IMG/VR virus record: IMGVR_UViG_3300035698_022190
Location: 146,209 to 210,208 of that record
Reading direction: 5' to 3' (one strand)
DNA length: 64,000 nt
Shown: one piece after another, positions 1 through 7,558 of the stretch
Layout: each line of letters starts with the position of its first letter
Position numbering within the stretch: position 1 is the stretch's first letter
Notes under the pieces: generated by a model
Databases searched by the model: none
The model's input: only the letters and a program-made list of their open reading frames with translations
Told to the model about the DNA's origin: nothing
Position numbers and translations under genes: made by a program

Positions 1-324
1 GGTGGGTTGGCCAGCCCTAATATGCCCTCTTTTGGGGGCATTTGTGGGTAACTGACATTGTTGGGCAGTTAAACTGAAGTTAAACTGTAGTTAAACTCTG
101 ACGTGACCTGTAAGTTTCTAGATAAATTCTCTAAGCTGGTCGCTGGGGTATGTAGCTATCAATTAGGAACTTAGACAGTTTAGTTAAAGTGCGGGTAGTT
201 TTACCCACAAAAAAAACGTTTTTTGTTGCTTAAAATGTTCTCTGAACACTGTTAATATTGAAAGTATCACTTGAAGTCTTTTTAGGTTAAGTTGTTGGTA
301 TTGTTAGAAGTTAGGTTGTTTTCT

Positions 325-746
325 CGACTACCGTAACTACTTTTTCGACTACTTTTTTGAACAGCATGTAAATGTCTGATAGATAGAGAGATAGAGAAGT
401 TCATTCCGTTTTCGACTACAATCAATTGTAGTCGTGTTAACTTCTTATATAATAGTATGTTAGATAGGGTAAATCAGTCGTAACTACCAAAAGCGCACAT
501 AAACCCCCTGTACAGATACGCATTTCGTTTTTAAATTAAAAATGTGAAATATTCAGTTACATAGGGGTCTTATACGGCTTTTTGGTAGTTAGGGGTCGTT
601 TTTGGCTGTAAGTCTTGATATTGCTTGATTTGTTCGACTACAATTGTTGGTAGTCGTGTTTTTGAAAATCTCTTGTAAGTTATTGATAAATAAGGTAGTT
701 GCTCGACTACAATTTTTTGTAGTCGAAACGGCTCTTTTTGTAGTCG
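325..746. repeat. Iteron-like CGACTAC/GTAGTCG repeat array (putative origin or packaging site)
   Basis: Nine heptamer copies; three CGACTAC-N8-GTAGTCG palindromes (413-434, 635-656, 704-725); IHF-consensus site at 676-688 (minus TATCAATAACTTA); non-coding AT-rich context. Confidence 0.7.
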
Positions 747-903
747 AGATGGCTTAAGTACTGTGTTATCAATATGATTAACACTGTTCAGAAAATTTAA
801 GTAAGAAAAAACGCTTAGCCGTAGGCAATGAAAGTGCCATAGCAAACAAAAAAACGTTTTTTCTATCTTATTCTCAAAGATTTTTCCAGAGACCCCACTC
901 GAC

Positions 904-1020
904 CAGTAGAGCATAGATGGACAATTGCTAGAAGGAGGTAGCCCAACCTCATAATTTATATGTGCCATCGGTAACCGATCCTACCCCTGCGGGAGCCGGT
1001 TATTCCGAATAGCTATACTG
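904..1020. ncRNA. Putative multi-stem structured RNA
   Basis: Closing stem CAGTAGAGC/GCTATACTG enclosing GATGG.CA/TG.CCATC, GAGGT/ACCTC and TAACCG/CGGTTA helices. Confidence 0.35.
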
Positions 1021-1022
1021 CT

Positions 1023-1364
1023 TTACTGACCTATTTTACTTATTAGATCAAGTGCTTCTTCATTAGCAGCTAGTCTATGTGCGGCATCAACTTTTCTCAT
1101 ATCTTGTCCACATCCACATGGACACTCAAAGAATGTAGCCCATACTTCAGGGAAACACCTTTGACAAAAACTATAGCCTGTGTAGATCCTACGTACTTCG
1201 TCGTAACCTCGCTCGGTAACCTCATGATCTTGATCATGAAGTCTCCGGCCACAACAGGTCGTGCCTAAGTGATCTTCATCTCTACTTAGCATTGTAGCGG
1301 GCGTAGATTTATGTACTTTTCTTAATCCGAAAGGTATCCAGAGTCTGTCAAGAGGTTGCTTCAT
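1023..1364 (-). CDS. Hypothetical Cys-rich (zinc-binding) phage protein
   Basis: CxxC, CPCGC motifs; start overlaps upstream stop (ATGA). Confidence 0.7.
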   Translation of the reverse strand: MKQPLDRLWIPFGLRKVHKSTPATMLSRDEDHLGTTCCGRRLHDQDHEVTERGYDEVRRIYTGYSFCQRCFPEVWATFFECPCGCGQDMRKVDAAHRLAANEEALDLISKIGQ

Positions 1365-1618
1365 AATGGCAATCTATTCTTTTGATATTCATCATAGCTC
1401 TCTTTCCATCCTAAGGCTTCTTTAGTAGTTTTAGCCTCCAGGTAAGTATTAAGGAATGATTCAATATCTTGCATCAATCCTGATTCGCCTTTAATGTCAT
1501 CTTCGAAACCGCTCTCCATAACTATATGAAGGACACTCTGGTTATTTGTGGAGAGCATTAAGTTATATATGTCTATGTGATCGATATTAACAAATGTGCC
1601 GGCTAAGTTAACTATCAT
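1361..1618 (-). CDS. Hypothetical protein (TGA stop in ATGA overlap)
   Basis: RBS-like GGAG upstream; coupled to both neighbours. Confidence 0.7.
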   Translation of the reverse strand: MIVNLAGTFVNIDHIDIYNLMLSTNNQSVLHIVMESGFEDDIKGESGLMQDIESFLNTYLEAKTTKEALGWKESYDEYQKNRLPL

Positions 1619-1973
1619 CTCTTAACTCCTTCAGCAGCATATCTGTAATGTTAATAACATCTCGTCTCTCTGCGTCTACATATATAATTTGATGTTCCAT
1701 CTCAATAATGCTCGGACAAGTGAATTGTAGTATACCAAATCCTTTGTCTACCATTTCTTCAATATCTTTGACCGAGAACCAGGATAATAGGCCAGCTTTA
1801 TCAGCTACTGCGGTTTTCCAGTTCTTGCCATCAGTTTGGTGGATTGGATCATAAGGCATTGGCAAATTAAGCAATCTGTCATCTGACAACTGCTCAAGTA
1901 CCAGTTTACCATCAATTTTTGTAGTCCACATTCCATTTGATTCATCTAAATGTTCTATTCTACACAACCTCAT
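1608..1973 (-). CDS. Hypothetical phage protein
   Basis: 121-aa ORF overlapping both neighbours in an operon. Confidence 0.7.
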   Translation of the reverse strand: MRLCRIEHLDESNGMWTTKIDGKLVLEQLSDDRLLNLPMPYDPIHQTDGKNWKTAVADKAGLLSWFSVKDIEEMVDKGFGILQFTCPSIIEMEHQIIYVDAERRDVINITDMLLKELRDDS

Positions 1974-2328
1974 CTCGTAATTCCTTATATTTACCGGCTA
2001 TTACTCCTAAGCGTTGCTTTTCAAGAGTAAAGCCATGTTCAGCAGGATTTTCTGTCATATATGTAGCTGCTAACTGCTCAGTAGCAAATACCTGAAAATC
2101 TGTATCTATTCCGTCCCAGCCCATATCAATATAGACTAACCATACTTCTTGGTGATAGGCTAATTGATGACTAGCACCAATTAATGCTACGTTTAGGCTG
2201 GATAAAGCTTTATCTTTGGCGTCTTTTAGTCTTTTATCACTCATACATTTTAAGCAAAGATCTTCAGACCACCACACTGCATTAGATATTGTACTGCTGC
2301 ATTCTCTGCAGATCTTTTCTTCTGCCAT
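1960..2328 (-). CDS. Hypothetical protein with N-terminal CxxC..CxxC; start reassigned to 2328
   Basis: AGGAGA RBS before MAEEKICREC; the longer ORF overlaps a tRNA-like gene. Confidence 0.7.
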   Translation of the reverse strand: MAEEKICRECSSTISNAVWWSEDLCLKCMSDKRLKDAKDKALSSLNVALIGASHQLAYHQEVWLVYIDMGWDGIDTDFQVFATEQLAATYMTENPAEHGFTLEKQRLGVIAGKYKELRDEVV

Positions 2329-2348
2329 TTGCGTCTCCTTTAAAATTG

Positions 2349-2414
2349 CTAAGTATGCCGGAATCGAACCGGCGTCACTCGTTTGTGAGTATATTACCCC
2401 TCTACCAATACTTA
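2349..2414 (-). tRNA. Minimal/degenerate tRNA-like RNA, no assignable anticodon
   Basis: Acceptor TAAGTAT/ATACTTA, T-arm GCCGG-TTCGATT-CCGGC, D-loop with GG; anticodon arm only ACTC-ACAAAC-GAGT; followed by CAA. Confidence 0.65.
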
Positions 2415-2462
2415 GGTTCATCTGGTCGCGAACCAGAGTCTTCTTTGACGTCAGTCAAAATT

Positions 2463-2578
2463 TTACGAGCATGCAAGTATGTGTTGGATCAGGGCACATT
2501 TAGCCGACATCCTAGGTCTCGACGTATTCTATCCGATGCACCTTGGATACATTGTATCCACGGCACTTGCGCCCGTAA
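2463..2578 (-). ncRNA. Structured RNA, unknown family
   Basis: Long closing helix TTACGGGC.GCAAGT/ACTTGC.GCTCGTAA with internal hairpins. Confidence 0.4.
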
Positions 2579-2600
2579 TAAGGCTATATTCCAAAATTTG

Positions 2601-2766
2601 TGACCAGTGGAGGATTTGAACCCCCGATTATAGAGACTAGTGAGTTTCGCTCTATTAGCCTGCTGCTTACTACGCAGCGCTACACTTGAATACCCGGCTC
2701 ACTACTATCGAATATTACCGTGCGAATGTTTTAAAGAGTCTCGCCCTCTAAAACATAAAACTGGTC
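2601..2766 (-). ncRNA. 166-nt expanded tRNA-like RNA
   Basis: Perfect acceptor GACCAGT/ACTGGTC, discriminator A then CAA; T-arm GGGGG-TTCAAAT-CCTCC; 13-bp hairpin in the D-arm position; branched interior. Confidence 0.7.
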
Positions 2767-2777
2767 ATTGCAATGTA

Positions 2778-2999
2778 TTATTTCTTCGGAGGAAGTCCAA
2801 GACTATCTTGACGCTCAAGATAATGTTCAAGGGCCTCCGTTACTACCCAGGAGAATCTTTTTGTGGTAAGACGTTTCCATCCGAATAGTCTCTTTAAAGA
2901 ATTCTTTAGAGCAGGCTCAATAGTACATTCCCACTCAACGAAGTCTCCATCGATCTCTACTTCTTTGATAATTTTAAAACTTCCTAACTTTTTCTCCAT
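2778..2999 (-). CDS. Small hypothetical protein embedded in the RNA cluster (possibly ribbon-helix-helix-like)
   Basis: AAGGA RBS; C-terminal SWVVTEALEHYLE helix. Confidence 0.6.
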   Translation of the reverse strand: MEKKLGSFKIIKEVEIDGDFVEWECTIEPALKNSLKRLFGWKRLTTKRFSWVVTEALEHYLERQDSLGLPPKK

Positions 3000-3033
3000 A
3001 TGAATATCCTTTAATTTAAAGTATTAGGAATAA

Positions 3034-3142
3034 GGCTTAACTTTTCACCGGCGACTTTCAGGATTCGAGTATGAAATGTCCCGCCCGACTTAGAGGGGCC
3101 TCCTTGCAATGATCAACCTGCACGAGCTATCTGGGTTAAGCC
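3034..3142 (-). ncRNA. 109-nt structured RNA, unknown family
   Basis: Terminal stem GGCTTAAC/GTTAAGCC, GC-rich interior, AT-rich flanks. Confidence 0.45.
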
Positions 3143-3162
3143 ATAAGTTCCTACGAAATTAA

Positions 3163-3431
3163 TTGAGACTGTCCCCGCCTGTCGGTCTTGGGTACAGTTG
3201 GACCGGCCTAGTTAGTGGCTAACTCGTAATACAGTATCGGCAATACCCCATCAGGGGTATCTGCTCTCTTCGGGTTCTCTATATAGGCTCAGTGTACAGC
3301 TATCTTCCGGACTCTGTACTCGATTACTCTATATATTTCCATCCCCGTCCTGTTAACTGAACAAAGGGGATCTGCACTAGGTTAGTATCTTACGGCCAGA
3401 TTCTGTTAGGCTACAATGCCTACAGTCTCAA
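3163..3431 (-). ncRNA. 269-nt structured RNA, unknown family
   Basis: 10-bp terminal stem TTGAGACTGT/ACAGTCTCAA and several internal helices; abuts the tRNA-Gln-like gene. Confidence 0.6.
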
Positions 3432-3436
3432 ATTTG

Positions 3437-3528
3437 ATGAATAGACAGGGTTCGAACCTGCATAGTACCGTTCAAAGCGGCGACATTTCCGAATGCACCT
3501 GCATAGTGCCATTTTATGCTACTATTCA
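3437..3528 (-). tRNA. tRNA-Gln(TTG)-like with an extra hairpin between D and anticodon arms
   Basis: Acceptor TGAATAG/CTATTCA (U1-A72); D-stem GCAT/ATGC; loop CT-TTG-AA in GCCG/CGGT; T-arm GCAGG-TTCGAAC-CCTGT; insert GCATT-CGGA-AATGT. Confidence 0.7.
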
Positions 3529-3531
3529 TTT

Positions 3532-3608
3532 TGGTATATGGGCCGCGTTGCAACCTCATGCATGCATACATGTGTATCCAAGCACAGGGACACATCCTTA
3601 CATATACC
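3532..3608 (-). ncRNA. 77-nt tRNA-His-like mimic lacking canonical D and T arms
   Basis: 8-bp terminal stem GGTATATG/CATATACC; hairpin GTGTCC-CTGTGCTT-GGATAC presenting CT-GTG. Confidence 0.4.
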
Positions 3609-3690
3609 GAGTTCGGGGCAGGCATTGAATGGACGAGTCCACTCTTACCGCCTCCACCATTCTCACCGAAGTGAAAATTTATTTGTAAAT

Positions 3691-3875
3691 TATTGTAGTG
3701 GGCAATCTGAGCTGCTCCGCTGTCACGGACACAGGCATATAATGTTCAGGGTGAATAATATACCAACAGGGTCTTATCCTATACTATGACCGACTCCCTT
3801 AATGAAACCGGCTTTTGTCCGCTGCAGAGTTAACTCGTTGCGGTTCTTGGCGGAAAATAGATTGACATTATAATA
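3691..3875. ncRNA. 185-nt structured RNA, unknown family
   Basis: Long closing helix plus TCCGCT/GGCGGA, CGGACA/TGTCCG and CTGCA/TGCGG; G-U pairs favour the plus strand. Confidence 0.4.
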
Positions 3876-3962
3876 TTGCTAGGGCACAACCCCTGCAGCT
3901 CGTACGATCGCTAGGAAGAGCGGCCTGCCGTTGGCCTATGAAGGTCCATTAATTGAATAGCG

Positions 3963-4120
3963 GACCCGCAACTGGGATCGAACCAGTGTCTCTCTTTTGA
4001 TCGGAATGACCTTTTGTGAGTTATTACATTCCTGATCCCATTTTCATGGGTGTCTCATCCTGCTCTAGTCACTAGGATAATGCTGTCGGAAGCAATTCCC
4101 AACATTTTGACTACGTGAAT
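3963..4120 (-). ncRNA. 158-nt expanded tRNA-like RNA
   Basis: T-arm ACTGG-TTCGATC-CCAGT; weak acceptor ATTCACG/TGCGGGT; D-stem TAGTCA/TGACTA with inserted hairpin. Confidence 0.55.
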
Positions 4121-4548
4121 TTTGTTTCCATATTAACATCCGTAGGTTTGTTCCTGGGCACGTATAAGTTTTACAAAATATACAGTGATTTGATGTTGCT
4201 CCTATTAGTGCGATACCTTTTACGCAAAGCGCCATGTTAATAAAACTATTCTTGATGAGATACGCTCATCTATTCTTTCTAACGTAGTAGTTGGTAGCCC
4301 GGTATACTTAATTGCTTCCAAGTTTGAAATTGTTCGCGAGGGCGGATTGATTCCCGAAGGGGTCACCGCCAACCTCCACCTCACCATACAGTCGCGTGAA
4401 CTGTACTTATGGTAAGACTTTGGATTCAAGTCGCCACCTGAATGCATGTGCTGCACTAGTTTGTTGCCAGCCAGCTTCTGCTTCTCACTTACGTTTAATA
4501 AAGGTTTTGTTCCGGTCTGTTGTTCAGTAGACATTATGGAACAGTTTT

Positions 4549-4556
4549 CTTATACC
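4549..4556 (-). promoter_or_regulatory. GGTATAAG motif heading the RNA operon (one of 17 copies, 4549-28537)
   Basis: Plus-strand CTTATACC/CTTATCCC at 4549, 6236, 6503, 7449, 7523, 8496, 15410, 18535, 20361, 20775, 21331, 23315, 24484, 27226, 27552, 27682, 28530. Confidence 0.75.
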
Positions 4557-4632
4557 AAAAAGAGCCCATAAAATTGAAAAACCCACTTCTAAGAAATGGG
4601 TGAAAGGAGGTCATTTTATGGGCCCAATAAAT

Positions 4633-4821
4633 CTAATGTTGTATAAGTTGATCCATAGTGAACTCGGTGTGGTGTTCACAGGTTCCTGCTTGTTTGCAGC
4701 TAGGGGGCAATGGAACTTTGCAATCCTTTGTAGTACATCTCAAACGACGTTTAAATTCTGCCTGTGTCATTATGTATACTATTACTTTTTCTTTCGGTTC
4801 GTTTGTAAATATATTAGTCAT
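4633..4821 (-). CDS. Small Cys-rich hypothetical protein
   Basis: 62-aa ORF with four Cys. Confidence 0.5.
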   Translation of the reverse strand: MTNIFTNEPKEKVIVYIMTQAEFKRRLRCTTKDCKVPLPPSCKQAGTCEHHTEFTMDQLIQH

Positions 4822-4843
4822 TCACTAGTGTTGATTTGTCTGT

Positions 4844-5245
4844 TTATATGTTGCTGAGAACTTGGTTACTTGACTCTGGTTGTAATAGAGTTTCTGTAAT
4901 AGGTTTATCATCAACTACGCCGACCTTGACTTTAGGGCCGGATTCTTTTAATTTTGCCTTCGAAGCTGTTTTAGTCTTCTTAGCGTCACGCTTTGTAATT
5001 AGATTGTCAAGAAAATCATTTATGTTAACTCCTTCTTTCTTTGGAGTGCCTAAAGTTTTGGCACGCCATTTATCAATAGCAGCTTGCGTGTGTAGATTTT
5101 GCGTGTCTTGACAGTTGAAACACAGCGTATCAGAAAGACCCATGGGTAGGGGTGATGTACACCCCGGTGCAATACATATATCGCGATTCTTGAACTCTGT
5201 CTGTGTCTCCACGTTAATTAATATGCGTTTTGGCTTATCGCTCAT
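4844..5245 (-). CDS. Hypothetical protein with N-terminal zinc finger
   Basis: CIAPGC..CFNC; AGGA RBS. Confidence 0.65.
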   Translation of the reverse strand: MSDKPKRILINVETQTEFKNRDICIAPGCTSPLPMGLSDTLCFNCQDTQNLHTQAAIDKWRAKTLGTPKKEGVNINDFLDNLITKRDAKKTKTASKAKLKESGPKVKVGVVDDKPITETLLQPESSNQVLSNI

Positions 5246-5307
5246 TTTCCTGTTTCCTGTTTTATAATTATTTGTTTCCCAATACTAAATCTGGATGTGT
5301 TAAAAGG

Positions 5308-6054
5308 CTACTTAGACTTACGCTTGGTCGTGGGTCTATCTTTCCCCACGTCGTTAGTCCTGGTAGTTGTTTTAGCGTTGCTGCTATTATTACTCCTTCT
5401 TTTATTGGAATCGCTTGCCACGGAATTCCCTTTCGTCCTTGCGCTTTTCGACACTCGTTTATTTGGTGTCTTATTAATCCTATCCTCTTCCGAGCGTTTC
5501 CGCACTCTGGGCAATACTTTGCGTATGGTCCCTTCTTTTGACGAGGGCACCCTCTTGCTTCGCACAATGGGCTTCCTTTTTTCGCCTGTCTTTGTCGGCG
5601 TTGCTCTCGAAGGTATGCTTTTGCGCCCTTCTTTGATCCGAATAGTGCCATTATTGTTTTCTGGTTTATTTGTTGTCGATCGTTTGTAAGGACTACGCTT
5701 AGTCCAGCTGCGATCATATCTATTTTTATAAGGTTTCTTCTTTTTATACTTAAAGTAATGGTTATCATACCTATTGTAGGTGTTCCAATTGTAGTAACTT
5801 GAGGAATACCAAGGATAATTCCAGTCCCAACCATAATAGTTCACATAATAATAGCCATAGTGAGGGTTAAACTGGTAATAATTGTATGAATATCCCGGAT
5901 TAAAAGATAACGTAAAAGAATAGGACCCCAAATCGTAATCGACATAGTCATAGTGAGGTTTCTCTACGTATAGTCTATGTCGTGTGTTCATATTAGTGTA
6001 GCAACCCGTTAAAAACAGTATTGCCATCATAAGTGTAATTAGTCTGTATTTCAT
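5308..6054 (-). CDS. Lipoprotein, Tyr/Asn-rich with basic disordered tail
   Basis: Signal peptide ending in LTGC lipobox; sigma54-type motif upstream. Confidence 0.7.
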   Translation of the reverse strand: MKYRLITLMMAILFLTGCYTNMNTRHRLYVEKPHYDYVDYDLGSYSFTLSFNPGYSYNYYQFNPHYGYYYVNYYGWDWNYPWYSSSYYNWNTYNRYDNHYFKYKKKKPYKNRYDRSWTKRSPYKRSTTNKPENNNGTIRIKEGRKSIPSRATPTKTGEKRKPIVRSKRVPSSKEGTIRKVLPRVRKRSEEDRINKTPNKRVSKSARTKGNSVASDSNKRRSNNSSNAKTTTRTNDVGKDRPTTKRKSK

Positions 6055-6090
6055 ATATATGTGTCCTGATTTATATCATAATATACTATA

Positions 6091-6111
6091 TATAGTACAA
6101 AAACTGTGCCA
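6091..6111 (-). promoter_or_regulatory. Sigma54-like -24/-12 promoter
   Basis: TGGCACAGTTTTTGTACTATA, identical to 30228-30248. Confidence 0.6.
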
Positions 6112-6517
6112 AATACTTAAATATAATAATATCAGTATATTCAGATTAAAATTCCAAGATTAGTGTCTAAATAGTATACATTAAATTGTATACTAAGTAA
6201 ACAGTGACGAATTTTAACGAGATTAGTGCGTACTTCTTATACCGGAAAGTGTAAAAAAATTGGCGTGTAATAACAAGTATTACTAATGGCTTATCTTGTA
6301 TCAGCCCTCTTACTCTAGTCGTTACCTCATAATAATAAGAACCCCTTCTTATTAATTAAAGTAATATAGCTCCTGTATTAAGGGAATTATATGACTGGAA
6401 AGATTGTTCTCCTTCGTGGAAAACAAGTCTAGTTGTTCTTCGTGTTTATCATCCAAGACGCCACCTGATAATTTTGAAGGTCGTTAACCTTCTTGCACAA
6501 TTCTTATACCAGAATAC

Positions 6518-7156
6518 CTACTTTTTACGCTTTTTTGAGGGCTTAGAGGTGTTGAAGACTTTTTTCCACCAATTATTGGCGTATCCCCGTCTTCTGTGGA
6601 AGGGCGTGGGTCCCACTGTGTTGAGGAGCTTCTTGTCATGAGCCCTGATTAACCCTTTACTAAAGTTGGGCGCAAAATCAGGGTAAAGTGCGGCAAAGCC
6701 ATGAAACAGGGCATCAGCGGTTACTTTAGCATGAATTGATGCTGCCCATACCCAAGCATCTCCACCGGTTATGCTTTTTACGCTGAAATTGGGGTGAAAT
6801 TCGCTAGAAAAGGGTTTAGCTAAGGATTCATCAGCATGAAGCTCTATTTTGCCCGTACGAAGCCGCCTAGGCAGGGATTGAATAATTCTACGTACTGCTT
6901 CAGCTGCAGCCTGATTACGAGCGCGATATACCCCGAATCGCTCAATATCTGAGGGCATTGCTAAAGAAATTACATAATGACCTATTTGAGTAAGGCTATT
7001 AAATAATTCTACTCTAGCTGCTGAGTTGATAGCCTTTGAGTCTCTGATGTTTGATGGAAGTGTGGTGCGAGTTGGACGAAGGATATATGCCGCACATACA
7101 CAGGGGCCTGCCATAGATGGGCTATAGTTTGCTTCATCGAGTCCTATAATTACCAT
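6518..7156 (-). CDS. rnhB: Ribonuclease HII
   Basis: IIGLDEA..AGP, RDSK, AASIHAKV, GPTPFHRR motifs. Confidence 0.85.
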   Translation of the reverse strand: MVIIGLDEANYSPSMAGPCVCAAYILRPTRTTLPSNIRDSKAINSAARVELFNSLTQIGHYVISLAMPSDIERFGVYRARNQAAAEAVRRIIQSLPRRLRTGKIELHADESLAKPFSSEFHPNFSVKSITGGDAWVWAASIHAKVTADALFHGFAALYPDFAPNFSKGLIRAHDKKLLNTVGPTPFHRRRGYANNWWKKVFNTSKPSKKRKK

Positions 7157-7204
7157 ACCTAAATATAAGTTAAAAGAATAGTATTACCTATTCTTTTTTA
7201 GTCG

Positions 7205-7414
7205 CTAGGTGAGGTCTAGACGTCGAGAAGGCTTTTGCATATACTGCCATACATCTGGCGTAGTGTGCTTTACAGCCCCTTTACAGTCACAACATACTTT
7301 AGCATCAGACTCACGAGTAAAAAAGGGTGAATCTCCGCTACACACTGGGTCCGGTTCTTTATAAAACGGTTCTCCGCAAGATGTGCAGATATTTACTTTT
7401 GTGTTATTAGCCAT
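7205..7414 (-). CDS. Small zinc-ribbon protein
   Basis: CTSCG..CCDC; AGGAG RBS. Confidence 0.6.
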   Translation of the reverse strand: MANNTKVNICTSCGEPFYKEPDPVCSGDSPFFTRESDAKVCCDCKGAVKHTTPDVWQYMQKPSRRLDLT

Positions 7415-7558
7415 GGGGAAAACTCCTTTACTAGTTTAGGTTACTGTTCTTATCCCAAATTTTAAGCTAAAAGAGTCAAGTTCCCAGAGGGAATTATGTG
7501 ACTTACGTTCTACGTTATTGTTCTTATACCAATAACTTATATGTAAGCCACATAATAA

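Noticed and set aside
570-968. 132-aa ORF over the repeat array
   Set aside because: Its IVVEQ repeats merely translate the DNA palindromes; no clear RBS
2601-4120. Canonical tmRNA, RNase P RNA or suppressor tRNA-Trp(UCA)
   Set aside because: No G3-U70 acceptor with tag ORF, no GAGGAAAGUCC core, no UCA in a proper 7-nt anticodon loop
2216-4534. Track ORFs over the RNA cluster (2216, 2289, 2640, 3416, 3428, 3493, 4220)
   Set aside because: No RBS, atypical composition, overlap with tRNA-like stems
5230-5834. Alternative-frame and antisense ORFs over the lipoprotein gene
   Set aside because: Shadow ORFs of a low-complexity gene
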